A DNA stretch of 64,000 nucleotides from Clostridia bacterium (GCA_045660545.1 JAZREA010000021.1:2511-66510); one strand, 5' to 3'. Positions 46,826 to 56,724 are shown, counted from the stretch's first letter. Notes: a model not told the origin generated them from the letters alone. Made by a program: numbers and translations.

Positions 46826-48727
46826 TTATTCAAGTTCAAAAGCTCCTGTATAGAGCTGATAATACTTGCCTTTGTTTGCGATTAGTTCTTCGTGGCTGCC
46901 GCGCTCGATAATTCTTCCCTTATCAAGCACCATAATAACAGTTGCGTTTTGTATTGTCGAAAGCCTGTGCGCAATAACGAACACTGTACGCCCCTTCATC
47001 AGACGGTCCATGCCCTTTTGCACAATCGCCTCTGTTCTGGTGTCTATGCTTGATGTCGCCTCGTCCAAAACCATAACCGGCGGGTCTGCAACCGCCGCTC
47101 TTGCTATCGACAAAAGCTGCCTTTGTCCCTGCGAAAGTCCCTCTCCGTTGCCGCTTATTATGGTGTTGTAGCCGTCGGGCAGCATATTTATAAAGGTGTC
47201 GGCGTTTGCAAGCTTTGCCGCCGCGTACACCTCTTCGTCCGTAGCGTCGGGGTTGCCGTAACGGATGTTCTCCATAATGGTACCTGTAAACAGGCTTACG
47301 TCCTGCAACACAATACCCAACGAGCGTCGAAGGTCCGCCTTTTTAATCTTATTTATATTTATATCGTCATACCTGATTTTGCCGTCTGCGATGTCGTAGA
47401 ATCTGTTTATAAGGTTTGTTATCGTCGTTTTGCCCGCACCCGTCGCACCGACGAAGGCAATCTTTTGCCCCGGGTTTGCGTAAAGTGTGATGTTGTGCAA
47501 AACTGTCTTTTCGTCCGTGTATCCAAAGTCTACGTCGTCCATAGTAACGGCGCCCTCAAGCTTAGTATAGGTTGTGGTGCCGTCCTCGTGGGGATGCTTC
47601 CACGCCCACATACCCGTACGCTCGGCAGTCTCTACGATTTTGCCGTCCACTTCCCTTGCGTTTACAAGGGTAACGTAGCCGTTGTCAGCCTCAGGTTCCT
47701 CGTCCATCAGCTCAAAGATTCTCTCCGCACCCGCAAGCGCCATAGCGATTGAGTTAATCTGCTGGGAAATCTGGCTCACAGGCATAGTAAAGCTCTTTGA
47801 AAGGAGCAAAAACGACGCAAGCTGTCCAAGGCTTATAACGCTCAGCCCGCTTACAGACAAAAGTCCGCCCACAAACGCAACCATAACGTACTGCAAATTT
47901 CCGATATTAGCTAAAATCGGCATCAGTATATTGGCAAAGCGGTTTGCAGAAGTCGCGTCTTTACATAGCTGTTCGTTAATTTTGTCGAACTCACTCTTCG
48001 AATCATCCTCGTGGCAAAAGACCTTTACCACCTTTTGTCCGTGAATTCTCTCTTCGATAAATCCGTTTACTATACCGATAGACTTTTGCTGTTTTATAAA
48101 GAATTTTGCCGAATTTCCGCCCACGAACTTTACAACCCGCGTCATAACAAACACAAATACTATCACCATAGCCGTAAGCGGCACGCTGGTATAAAGCATT
48201 GCGGAAAATACCGCCACAATCGTAATCGCAGAAGAAAACATCTGGGGTATGCTTTGCGAAATCATCTGTCTTAGAGTGTCGGTGTCGTTGGTGTAATGGC
48301 TCATAAGGTCCCCGTGGGTGTTGGTGTCAAAGTACTTTATCGGCAGATGTTGCATGTGTGAAAACATTTTGTCTCGTATCTTTTTTAACACACCCTGTGA
48401 AACGGTTACCATAATAAAGTTGTATGCCCAGGTAGAAAAAACGCCCACCACATAAATAACCGCCATAGTTCCAATCGCGCCCAAAAGAGGTGCAAAGTCG
48501 GGCGCTCCCGTCGACAACAGCATAGGTGTAATATAGTTGTCAATCAGCTTTTGCAAAAAGAGCGAGCCTGCAACCCCTGCAAGCGAGCTTAAAACTATGC
48601 AAATCAAAACTACTAAAATGTGCGCCCTATATCCGTCGCCGATGTATAAAAGAAGTCTCTTCATGGTGGCACCGACGTTTTTCGCCTTACGGCCGTCCCC
48701 TCTGGGCATTCTACCTCTCGGACCCAT
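46826..48727 (-). CDS. ABC transporter ATP-binding/permease protein (type I exporter half)
   Basis: Six-TM domain plus NBD with Walker A GATGAGKTT, signature LSQGQRQ and Walker B VMVLDEATS. Confidence 0.88.
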   Translation of the reverse strand: MGPRGRMPRGDGRKAKNVGATMKRLLLYIGDGYRAHILVVLICIVLSSLAGVAGSLFLQKLIDNYITPMLLSTGAPDFAPLLGAIGTMAVIYVVGVFSTWAYNFIMVTVSQGVLKKIRDKMFSHMQHLPIKYFDTNTHGDLMSHYTNDTDTLRQMISQSIPQMFSSAITIVAVFSAMLYTSVPLTAMVIVFVFVMTRVVKFVGGNSAKFFIKQQKSIGIVNGFIEERIHGQKVVKVFCHEDDSKSEFDKINEQLCKDATSANRFANILMPILANIGNLQYVMVAFVGGLLSVSGLSVISLGQLASFLLLSKSFTMPVSQISQQINSIAMALAGAERIFELMDEEPEADNGYVTLVNAREVDGKIVETAERTGMWAWKHPHEDGTTTYTKLEGAVTMDDVDFGYTDEKTVLHNITLYANPGQKIAFVGATGAGKTTITNLINRFYDIADGKIRYDDININKIKKADLRRSLGIVLQDVSLFTGTIMENIRYGNPDATDEEVYAAAKLANADTFINMLPDGYNTIISGNGEGLSQGQRQLLSIARAAVADPPVMVLDEATSSIDTRTEAIVQKGMDRLMKGRTVFVIAHRLSTIQNATVIMVLDKGRIIERGSHEELIANKGKYYQLYTGAFELE

Positions 48728-50456
48728 CTTCGCCGCCTCCTTTCACCTGCGAATTATAAATCTCCTGATAAACCTTGCTCCTTGCCAAAAGCTCGTCGTG
48801 TGTTCCTACGTCGTCAACCTCGCCGTTTTCCATAATAACGATTCGGTCTGCGTCACAAACAGACGACACCCTTTGCGCTATAATAAGCTTTGTCGTATCA
48901 GGAATTTCAGAGTCGAACGCCTTTTTGATAAGCGCGTCTGTCTTTGTGTCGACAGCGCTTGTCGAGTCGTCTAAAATTATAATCTTCGGCTTTTTAAGCA
49001 GTGCACGGGCTATACAAAGTCTCTGCTTTTGTCCTCCCGACACGTTAGCTCCGCCCTGTTCGATATATGTGTCGTATTTTTGCGGAAACTCCTGTACAAA
49101 CTCGTCAGCCTGCGCAAGACGGCACACTCTTACAAGCTCCTCGTCCGTTGCGTCCTTTTGTCCCCAACGCAGGTTTTCCTTTATCGTGCCTGAAAAAAGA
49201 ACGTTCTTTTGCAGAACAACCGCCACCGAGTCTCGTAGTGAAGCGATGTCATATTCTCTTACGTCGCGTCCGCCGACCAAAACCCTTCCCGATACAACGT
49301 CATAAAGACGCGGGATTAACTGTACAAGAGTGGTCTTTCCGCTGCCTGTGCCGCCGATAATGCCTATTGTTTCACCCTCGTTTATTGTAAGGTTAATGTT
49401 TTTAAGACAATTTTTTCTTCCGTAGCCGAAGCTTACGTCCTCAAACGTTATGCTTCCCGACTCAACCTCATACACAGGACTTTCGGGATTTGTCATAGTG
49501 CTTTGCTCGTCCAGCACTTCTACAATTCTTTCGGCAGAAGCCTTGGACATTATAAGCATAACAAACACCATCGAAATCATCATAAGGCTCATCAGAATCT
49601 GTGTGGTGTACGAAATCAGGCTGGTAAGCTGGCCGGTAGTAAGCTCAACCGAGCCCGTGTTTACGATAATCTTCGCGCCAAACCACGAAATAGCAAGTAT
49701 ACTTGCATAAACCGCAAGCTGCATAGTGGGCGCGTTGAAGGAAAGCAACCTCTCAGCCCGCCTGAAAAGGCCGAATATCCTCTCCGACACATCGTTAAAC
49801 TTTTTGTCCTCATATTCTTCACGGACAAACGACTTTACAACCCTCATTCCCCTTAGGTTTTCCTGCACGACAGAGTTTAGCTTGTCGTAAGCCTTAAACA
49901 CCTTTTCAAAAATCGGGTGTGCCTTTGTGGAGATAACGTAAAGCACAGTTACTATAAACGGAATGGAAAACAAAAACACCAGCGCAAGGCTACTGTTAAT
50001 CTTTATCGCCATAATCAGCGAAAAAATCATCATCGCAGGGCTTCTTACTGCGATTCGTATAATCATCTGGTACGCGTTTTGTAAATTCGTGACGTCGGTG
50101 GTAAGCCTTGTGACAAGGCTTGATGTGCTGAATTTATCTATGTTTTCGAAGGAATAGTCCTGCACCTGATAATACATGCTTTTTCTTAAATTTTTCGCAA
50201 ATCCTGCCGAAGCTGTCGCCGCGAAGCTGCCCGAAAGCGCGCCGAAAGCCAGGGACAAAAGGGTGATAAACACAAGTAAAACGCCCGTCCTTGTTACATA
50301 CCCTATGTCGTTTCCGTAAATACCCTTGTCGATTATCCTGGACATCAAAAAGGGCATAAAGACCTCCATAACGACCTCGCCCGTAACAAAAAGCGGGGCC
50401 AAAAGAGATGGTAATTTATACTCTCCAACGTTTTTTGCAAGCTTTTTAATCATCAT
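48711..50456 (-). CDS. ABC transporter ATP-binding/permease protein (partner half)
   Basis: Walker A GGTGSGKTT, signature VSGGQKQR and Walker B IIILDDSTS. Overlaps its partner gene. Confidence 0.88.
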   Translation of the reverse strand: MMIKKLAKNVGEYKLPSLLAPLFVTGEVVMEVFMPFLMSRIIDKGIYGNDIGYVTRTGVLLVFITLLSLAFGALSGSFAATASAGFAKNLRKSMYYQVQDYSFENIDKFSTSSLVTRLTTDVTNLQNAYQMIIRIAVRSPAMMIFSLIMAIKINSSLALVFLFSIPFIVTVLYVISTKAHPIFEKVFKAYDKLNSVVQENLRGMRVVKSFVREEYEDKKFNDVSERIFGLFRRAERLLSFNAPTMQLAVYASILAISWFGAKIIVNTGSVELTTGQLTSLISYTTQILMSLMMISMVFVMLIMSKASAERIVEVLDEQSTMTNPESPVYEVESGSITFEDVSFGYGRKNCLKNINLTINEGETIGIIGGTGSGKTTLVQLIPRLYDVVSGRVLVGGRDVREYDIASLRDSVAVVLQKNVLFSGTIKENLRWGQKDATDEELVRVCRLAQADEFVQEFPQKYDTYIEQGGANVSGGQKQRLCIARALLKKPKIIILDDSTSAVDTKTDALIKKAFDSEIPDTTKLIIAQRVSSVCDADRIVIMENGEVDDVGTHDELLARSKVYQEIYNSQVKGGGEDGSER

Positions 50457-50563
50457 ATTCCCCCAGAATCTGTAAACCTTTTTAGATATATTTTACATTA
50501 TATTACCTCATATTTTCAAAGTCAACTATACATAATAGTTTTAACACTTTTTTAATAATTAAC

Positions 50564-50592
50564 AAAAAAGAGGGTCAAAGACCCTCTTTTGA
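50564..50592 (-). terminator. intrinsic terminator
   Basis: AAGAGGGTC-AAA-GACCCTCTT stem, with a T-run on the minus strand. Confidence 0.8.
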
Positions 50593-50600
50593 AAAATCAA

Positions 50601-51626
50601 TTACATTCCCTGCGAGTACATATAATAAGCCAGCGAAGCTGTGAATATTTCGTTTCCGTTAAAGCAGTACATTCCAAGCGCGCTTGCAAGGTCGTCTGCA
50701 CACACGAACAGTTCGCTTCCGTACAAAACAGCGCCTATGTTACTTTTAAGTTCGCCGCCCTTTTCGATGTTAAACTCTACATCAACAGGTGTGTACTGTA
50801 AAATTCCGGTAGGCTCGTATGCACTCTTAAAGGTAGAGTTTGCAGCCTTTATCACGTCGTCAGCAGGTACTACAACGCTCATAGTAGATGCAGCCGCGTT
50901 CCATGAATATGTAATACCGAGGCAGTCTGCAAAAGCGTTAAACGGAATGTAGTACTTGTTCTCGGAAGCAGAGTAGATGTAACAGTTGTTGCTTGTAAGC
51001 AGTTCATAACCGTTAAAGCTTATCGACTTGGTTACATAAACAAGTCTGTTTCTGTATGTCTGCTGTGCCTTTTGGGTGTAAGCAGCGTTTGTGCTTGGTG
51101 ATACAGGTACAGAAGGTGCTACGACAGGCTTAGCGTTTGAAGGAACTTTGTTCGGGTCTGTGTCGATTAAAACTCTGTTGGTCTCATCATCCCACACAAC
51201 GTTAAAGCCAAACTGTCTAAGAGCTGCCGCAGGGATAACCGTCTGTCCGCCGATGTTGTAGCTTTCAACAGGTGTGCCGTTGAAAATTGCCACTATATCA
51301 GTATGGTAGTATTTACCTGCAACTGCGCCTTCAACACCGGTTGGAGTACCCTGAGCGTTCGAAACAGCGGCGCCCTTGTTGTCTGTAATAGTCAGAGTTC
51401 TTTCCTCAGCCGACCACACAACGTCAAATCCGTAGCTTCTTAACGCCTCGGCAAGTATAACGGTCTTGTTACCTACGTTGTATGCGTCAATAAGCTGATT
51501 TCTCATATAGGTCTTAACGTCAACATAGTAATAGTTGCCCGCAACGTCGCCTGTCTTTGCCGCAAAGCAGACAAACGAGCTAAGCATTACAACCACTAAA
51601 AGTAAGCTCATTATCTTTTTAATCAT
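50601..51626 (-). CDS. secreted protein with repeated copper-amine-oxidase-N-terminal-like (stalk) domains
   Basis: Signal peptide, then repeats such as YNVGNKTVILAEALRSYGFDVVWSAEERTLTI and YNIGGQTVIPAAALRQFGFNVVWDDETNRVLI, plus two degenerate C-terminal copies. Confidence 0.55.
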   Translation of the reverse strand: MIKKIMSLLLVVVMLSSFVCFAAKTGDVAGNYYYVDVKTYMRNQLIDAYNVGNKTVILAEALRSYGFDVVWSAEERTLTITDNKGAAVSNAQGTPTGVEGAVAGKYYHTDIVAIFNGTPVESYNIGGQTVIPAAALRQFGFNVVWDDETNRVLIDTDPNKVPSNAKPVVAPSVPVSPSTNAAYTQKAQQTYRNRLVYVTKSISFNGYELLTSNNCYIYSASENKYYIPFNAFADCLGITYSWNAAASTMSVVVPADDVIKAANSTFKSAYEPTGILQYTPVDVEFNIEKGGELKSNIGAVLYGSELFVCADDLASALGMYCFNGNEIFTASLAYYMYSQGM

Positions 51627-51756
51627 AAAAACACATCCTTACTTAATTTTCTTTTTTTCATTTTAACACATTCCATAAATTTTTGCAATTACAAATATAT
51701 GACAATTTACGAATTATATTACGCCACAAAACATATACTTAGCAAGAGGTGAGCTT

Positions 51757-52728
51757 ATGAAAAAACTGTTGTCGATTTACTTTTCCTCTATGGCGGCTTT
51801 GCTTATTTTTGCATACATACTTGCGATAACGCACTCTGTTTCTTACGAAAGTGCGTTTTTGCCACACACTATTACTGTGTTTTTCCACGAAACAGGCGAG
51901 ACCAAAGAGGTTGAATTGGAGCAGTATCTGGTGTGTGTCATAAGTGCAGAGATGCCTGCGGAGTTTGAAAAAGAGGCCCTTTGCGCCCAGGCGGTTGCGG
52001 CGAGAACCTACATATATAATAAGTACAAAAAATTTAGCGAAAACCCCACCCTCGCACCGGACGAGCATAAAAACGCGACCATATGCACCGATTCCACGCA
52101 CTGTTGCGCATATTACAGCAAAGAAAAGTTAGAACAAATCCACGGCGAGAGCTGGATGGATAAATACTATGAAAAGCTTTGTAAGGCGGTCTCATCCACC
52201 CGCGGAAAAATCATAACCTATGAAGGCGAGCCTATAATGGCGGCCTTCCACGCATCAAGCGGCGGATGCCGAACCGAAAACAGCGAGGATGTGTGGAGCA
52301 GCAGCCTCCCCTATTTAAGAAGCGTAGAAAGCAAAGGCGAGGACAAGCGTGAGGGATACAACTCCACCGCATCCTTAACCTGCGACGAATTTAAGGAAAC
52401 AATACTCGCCTCCTTCCCCGACGCAGTGCTCGACAACGACCGTTCCAAATGGCTCGGCGACATATCCTACACCGAGGGTAATTCCGTTAAAGCCATTACA
52501 GTAGGCGGCGTTTCCGTAAAGGGAACACAAATACGCAGTATGTTCGGTTTAAAGTCATCTTGCTTTGAGATAAGTATGCTAAACGACCGCATCACTTTCA
52601 GCGTCCACGGCTCGGGACACGGGGTAGGACTTAGCCAGCACGGCGCAAACCTTATGGCGAAAGAAGGCTACAACTACAAGGAAATACTAACCCACTATTA
52701 CACAGGCGTACAAATTTCCAAAATATGA
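51757..52728 (+). CDS. spoIID: stage II sporulation protein D (lytic transglycosylase)
   Basis: 323 aa with motifs ALCAQAVAARTY, AAFHASSGGCRTEN and GHGVGLSQHGA. Confidence 0.88.
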   Translation: MKKLLSIYFSSMAALLIFAYILAITHSVSYESAFLPHTITVFFHETGETKEVELEQYLVCVISAEMPAEFEKEALCAQAVAARTYIYNKYKKFSENPTLAPDEHKNATICTDSTHCCAYYSKEKLEQIHGESWMDKYYEKLCKAVSSTRGKIITYEGEPIMAAFHASSGGCRTENSEDVWSSSLPYLRSVESKGEDKREGYNSTASLTCDEFKETILASFPDAVLDNDRSKWLGDISYTEGNSVKAITVGGVSVKGTQIRSMFGLKSSCFEISMLNDRITFSVHGSGHGVGLSQHGANLMAKEGYNYKEILTHYYTGVQISKI

Positions 52729-52774
52729 ATAAACCCGCCTCCAAAGGTAATAATAACCATAGGAGGTGGTTGCA

Positions 52775-53443
52775 GTGAGCAACAACAAAGGTTCCGTCAC
52801 GAAGCTTTTGGGCAACAGGCTGTTTATCGGTCTTTTGGCAACAGCGGCGGTTATCGTGACGATATCTGCGATGCAAAACGCAAAAACAGATAAAACATCA
52901 ACACAACAAATCCCTGTCGAAAAGGAGGTAAGCGCGGTGATTCCCCAAGATGACAGCTCTAAAATTGACGAAAAAGTCGCAAACGAGATGTTAGAGACCA
53001 TATTGCCTGTGGACGAGCAAATGGACGAACCCCCAAAAAGCATAACCTATAAGCTCCCCGTAAGCGGAGAGATGCAAAGGGACTTTTCGGGAGATAATTT
53101 AATCTGGGACGAAACCATGAAGGACTGGCGGACACACAACGGAGTGGACATAGCCTCTTCCGTTGGCGACGAAGTCGATACCGCAGCCGCAGGCAAGGTT
53201 ATTTACGCGGCCTTTGATGAGCGCTATGGCTATGTAGTTAAAGTCGACCATCAAAACGGCGTCACAACAGTATATAAAAACTTAGGTAAAATCACCGTCA
53301 AGGAAGGCGACAACGTAGACGAAGGCCAGATGATAGGCACTGTCGGGGACTCACATTCATTCGAGTCGGCTCAAAGTGCGCACCTTCACTTTGAGGTGTT
53401 AGAGGACGGCGGCTATAAAAATCCTGTGAATTTTATAAATTAA
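52775..53443 (+). CDS. membrane-anchored M23/LytM peptidase (SpoIIQ-like candidate)
   Basis: GTG start 8 nt after AGGAGG, an N-terminal TM segment, and M23 motifs HNGVDI and HLHFEV. Directly downstream of spoIID. Confidence 0.7.
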   Translation: MSNNKGSVTKLLGNRLFIGLLATAAVIVTISAMQNAKTDKTSTQQIPVEKEVSAVIPQDDSSKIDEKVANEMLETILPVDEQMDEPPKSITYKLPVSGEMQRDFSGDNLIWDETMKDWRTHNGVDIASSVGDEVDTAAAGKVIYAAFDERYGYVVKVDHQNGVTTVYKNLGKITVKEGDNVDEGQMIGTVGDSHSFESAQSAHLHFEVLEDGGYKNPVNFIN

Positions 53444-53512
53444 CAGTGGATTTTACTCTCCCTTTGTGATACAATTAGTTTAATCAACTTTGTATCATAA
53501 GGGAGATTTTTT

Positions 53513-54157
53513 ATGAACGAAAATTTCAAAAAATATATGGAGCTACTGCTCGACTGGAACCAAAAGATTAACTTAACCGCCATCACAGACCCGTCGGAGA
53601 TTGAAATTAAGCACTTTGAAGACAGCCTGACATGTTTAAAAAGCGGTTACATAAAAGAGGGACTGAAAGTCGTTGACGTAGGCACAGGCGCGGGCTTCCC
53701 CGGTATTCCGATTAAAATCGAATGCCCCGGCGTTTCGCTTACGCTTATGGACAGCCTTAACAAGCGCATCAATTTTTTAAAGGAAGTTGCAAGCGAAGTA
53801 GGCTTTGAAGCAGAGTGTGTTCACATACGTGCGGAAGACGCGGGCCAAAACGCCCTCTACCGTGAACAGTTCGACGTTTCCGTAAGCCGTGCCGTTGCCA
53901 ATATGTCTCTTCTTTGCGAATACTGTCTGCCTCTTGTGAAAAAGGGCGGATATATGCTTGCGATGAAAGGCAAGGACATCGAAGAAGAGCTTGAAGCCGC
54001 AAAGCCTCTTATCAAGCTTTTGGGCGGAAAGGTCAAAGAGGTGCAGCTGCACACCCTTTCAGACTCTGACATCACACACAGCATAGTAGTAATAGAGAAA
54101 ATATCAAACACCCCCAAAAGTTATCCGAGAAGGGGTAAAAAACTCGGAACTATATGA
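53513..54157 (+). CDS. rsmG: 16S rRNA (guanine527-N7)-methyltransferase RsmG
   Basis: 214 aa with WNQKINLTAI, DVGTGAGFPGIP and SRAVA motifs. Confidence 0.9.
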   Translation: MNENFKKYMELLLDWNQKINLTAITDPSEIEIKHFEDSLTCLKSGYIKEGLKVVDVGTGAGFPGIPIKIECPGVSLTLMDSLNKRINFLKEVASEVGFEAECVHIRAEDAGQNALYREQFDVSVSRAVANMSLLCEYCLPLVKKGGYMLAMKGKDIEEELEAAKPLIKLLGGKVKEVQLHTLSDSDITHSIVVIEKISNTPKSYPRRGKKLGTI

Positions 54158-54220
54158 CAAAACACCCGATTTTTTCAAAAAAACTATTGACTTTGACTTT
54201 TCGTTATGTTATAGTTAAAT

Positions 54221-54247
54221 AGACCTCGCAAATTCAGGTCTTTTTTT
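54221..54247 (+). terminator. intrinsic terminator after rsmG
   Basis: AGACCT-9 nt-AGGTCT stem followed by T7. Confidence 0.65.
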
Positions 54248-54302
54248 GATGTGCCTTTTTGCGCGGTCTGACGTTCGATTTTTGTTATGGAGGATATGAA
54301 TA

Positions 54303-54452
54303 ATGAGAGTTAAAATTACATTGGAATGCACAGAGTGCAAGCAGAGAAACTACGATACAATGAAGAATAAAAAGAACGATCCTGATCGTCTCGAAATGAA
54401 CAAATACTGCAGATTCTGCAAAAAGGACACTCTTCATAAAGAAACAAAATAA
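54303..54452 (+). CDS. rpmG: 50S ribosomal protein L33
   Basis: Not in the ORF track (49 aa). Sequence: [49 protein letters not shown]. Zinc-ribbon form with CxxC...CxxC. Confidence 0.92.
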   Translation: MRVKITLECTECKQRNYDTMKNKKNDPDRLEMNKYCRFCKKDTLHKETK

Positions 54453-54476
54453 TCATATCTGTTTAGGAGTGATAAC

Positions 54477-54896
54477 ATGGCTAAAAAGTCAAATAAGATA
54501 TTAAACTACTTTAAAGAGGTAAAAAGCGAGCTTAAAAAAGTCGTATGGCCAAGCTTTAAGCAGGTTAAGAACAACACTTTAATAGTTATCGCATGCGTTT
54601 TAATAATCGGTGCTTTTATCTGGGTTGCAGACCTTGTATTCGACATTTCGCTCGGTAAAATCGTGCGTAATGCTCAGGGTACCGACGCTGTTGCAGAAGA
54701 AACAACAGACGAAACAGTAGAAATTTCCGAAGAAGAGATGACTGCACAGCTTCAGGCATATCTTGCGGATTTTAACATCACATATGATGGCGAAAAGTAT
54801 TTCGACGCTGAAGGTAACGAGCTTACGGCGGAACAGGTTGGCGAAATAATCAATGCTGCTGCACAGGACGCAGAAACAAGCAGCAAAACAGAATAA
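54477..54896 (+). CDS. secE: preprotein translocase subunit SecE with a long acidic C-terminal extension
   Basis: The N-terminal 60 aa match SecE (FKEVKSELKKVVWPS... followed by one TM segment). Position between rpmG and nusG. About 75 extra residues at the C-terminus. Confidence 0.85.
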   Translation: MAKKSNKILNYFKEVKSELKKVVWPSFKQVKNNTLIVIACVLIIGAFIWVADLVFDISLGKIVRNAQGTDAVAEETTDETVEISEEEMTAQLQAYLADFNITYDGEKYFDAEGNELTAEQVGEIINAAAQDAETSSKTE

Positions 54897-54918
54897 TACG
54901 AATAGGGAGTGATGGCAC

Positions 54919-55434
54919 ATGGCAAAAGCTAAGTGGTACGTTGTCCATACCTATTCAGGTTACGAAAATAAAGTCAAGGCTAATATAGAAAAGACTATTG
55001 AAAACCGCGGCATAGAAGATGCCATCCTTGACATACAAATCCCTATGGAAGACGTTGTTGAAATAAAGGACGACGAAAAGAGAGTCGTTACACGTAAAAA
55101 GTTCCCGGGATATGTTATTATTAAGATGAACATGTCTGACGAAGCGTGGTATATCGTTAGAAACACCCGTGGTGTAACAGGGTTTGTCGGACCGGCATCA
55201 AAGCCTGTACCTCTTACTGACGAAGAGGTAGAAAATATGGGAATTGAACAACAAACAATTATACTTAACTATGCAGAAGGCGACAGTGTTAAAATCAAGT
55301 TTGGCCCGCTTTCAGACTTTATCGGCATAGTAAAAGAAATCAGTATGGAAAAGAAAAAGGTCAGCGTAGTTGTTTCTATGCTCGGCAGAGAGACACCCGT
55401 TGAACTTGACTTTAACCAGGTAGAAGTTGTATAA
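54919..55434 (+). CDS. nusG: transcription termination/antitermination factor NusG
   Basis: WYVVHTYSGYENKV N-terminus plus a KOW domain. 171 aa. Confidence 0.93.
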   Translation: MAKAKWYVVHTYSGYENKVKANIEKTIENRGIEDAILDIQIPMEDVVEIKDDEKRVVTRKKFPGYVIIKMNMSDEAWYIVRNTRGVTGFVGPASKPVPLTDEEVENMGIEQQTIILNYAEGDSVKIKFGPLSDFIGIVKEISMEKKKVSVVVSMLGRETPVELDFNQVEVV

Positions 55435-55455
55435 TCTCGCGTTTGCGATGTTATA

Positions 55456-55485
55456 GTGGGAGGGAGTCAGTCCCGTTTGTACCAC
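55456..55485 (+). promoter_or_regulatory. L1-binding rRNA-mimic hairpin candidate in the rplK leader
   Basis: GTGGGAGGGAGTCAGTCCCGTTTGTACCAC. Outer stem GTGG/CCAC, inner stem GGG/CCC, and a GGGAG element as in the L1 stalk mimic. Confidence 0.5.
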
Positions 55486-55511
55486 ATTAAGTACGTTAGG
55501 AGGTGTAAACT

Positions 55512-55937
55512 ATGGCTCAAAAGGTAGCTGGTTACATTAAGTTACAAATCGCAGCAGGTAAAGCTAATCCTGCACCACCGGTTGGTCCTGCACTTGGTCA
55601 GCACGGTGTAAACATTATGGAATTTTGCAAACAGTTTAACGAAAAAACTGCTAAAGATGCAGGTCTTATTATTCCAGTAGTTATCACAGTTTTTGCAGAC
55701 AGGTCTTTTACTTTTATTACAAAGACTCCGCCGGCAGCCGTTCTTATTAAGAAGGCTTGTAAAATCGAGAGTGGTTCAGGCGTACCTAATAAAACAAAGG
55801 TAGCTCAACTTTCCAAGGCAGACCTTCAGGCAATCGCTGAACAGAAAATGCCTGACCTTAACGCAGCTTCGATTGAAGCAGCTATGTCTATGATTGCAGG
55901 TACAGCCCGCAGCATGGGAGTTACTGTTGAAGAGTAA
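55512..55937 (+). CDS. rplK: 50S ribosomal protein L11
   Basis: 141 aa. [31 protein letters not shown]. Confidence 0.95.
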   Translation: MAQKVAGYIKLQIAAGKANPAPPVGPALGQHGVNIMEFCKQFNEKTAKDAGLIIPVVITVFADRSFTFITKTPPAAVLIKKACKIESGSGVPNKTKVAQLSKADLQAIAEQKMPDLNAASIEAAMSMIAGTARSMGVTVEE

Positions 55938-55949
55938 CTGATTAATTTC

Positions 55950-55977
55950 GTGGGAGGGGTTAACCCCGTTTGACCAC
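55950..55977 (+). promoter_or_regulatory. second L1-binding hairpin candidate, immediately upstream of rplA
   Basis: GTGGGAGGGGTTAACCCCGTTTGACCAC. Near-identical architecture to 55456-55485. Confidence 0.5.
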
Positions 55978-55991
55978 AAGGAGGTAAAAGA

Positions 55992-56687
55992 ATGAAAAGA
56001 GGTAAAAAGTATCAAGAAAGCGCAAAGCTTATTGATAGAGCACGCCTTTACGACACAGCTGAGGCTATGGACTTAATCATTAAGACTTCCAAGGCTAAGT
56101 TCGATGAAACAGTAGAGGCTCATATCCGTTTGGGTGTTGACTCACGTCACGCTGACCAGCAGGTTAGAGGCGCAGTTGTTCTCCCTCACGGTACAGGTAA
56201 AACTGCTCGCGTGTTAGTTTTCGCTAAGGGTGAAAAGGCTGATGAGGCTGCACAGGCTGGCGCAGACTTCGTTGGAGCAGAGGAATTAATTCCAAAGATC
56301 CAGAACGAAAACTGGTTCGAATACGACGTTATCGTTGCTACTCCCGATATGATGGGTGTTGTTGGTCGTCTTGGTAAGGTTTTAGGACCTAAGGGCTTAA
56401 TGCCTAACCCAAAAGCCGGCACAGTAACAATGGACGTTGCAAAGGCAATCCAGGAAATCAAATCAGGTAAAATCGAATACCGTCTCGATAAGACAAACAT
56501 CATTCACTGTCCTATCGGTAAGGCTTCTTTCGGTGTTGAAAAGCTTTCAGACAACTTTAACACACTTATGAGCGCAGTTATAAAGGCTAAGCCGGCTGCT
56601 GCTAAGGGTCAGTATCTTAAGAGCGTAGTTGTTACTTCTACAATGGGCCCAAGTGTTAAAATCAACAGCGTAAAATTAACTGATTAA
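55992..56687 (+). CDS. rplA: 50S ribosomal protein L1
   Basis: 231 aa. [24 protein letters not shown]. Confidence 0.95.
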   Translation: MKRGKKYQESAKLIDRARLYDTAEAMDLIIKTSKAKFDETVEAHIRLGVDSRHADQQVRGAVVLPHGTGKTARVLVFAKGEKADEAAQAGADFVGAEELIPKIQNENWFEYDVIVATPDMMGVVGRLGKVLGPKGLMPNPKAGTVTMDVAKAIQEIKSGKIEYRLDKTNIIHCPIGKASFGVEKLSDNFNTLMSAVIKAKPAAAKGQYLKSVVVTSTMGPSVKINSVKLTD

Positions 56688-56693
56688 TTTTTC

Positions 56694-56722
56694 TTGACAA
56701 AAATACCCTGATGTGGTATTAT
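56694..56722 (+). promoter_or_regulatory. sigma-A-type promoter for rplJL (TTGACA-17 nt-TGgTATTAT)
   Basis: TTGACA at 56694-56699. TATTAT at 56717-56722 with an upstream TG. Confidence 0.6.
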
Positions 56723-56724
56723 AA

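Noticed and set aside
54188-54216. A promoter-like TTGACT-17 nt-TATAGT immediately upstream of the rsmG terminator hairpin, considered as a tiny sRNA or attenuator unit.
   Set aside because: The transcript would be only about 30 nt long. The hairpin is better explained as the rsmG terminator, and the hexamers may be fortuitous in AT-rich spacer DNA. Not supportable without transcript data.
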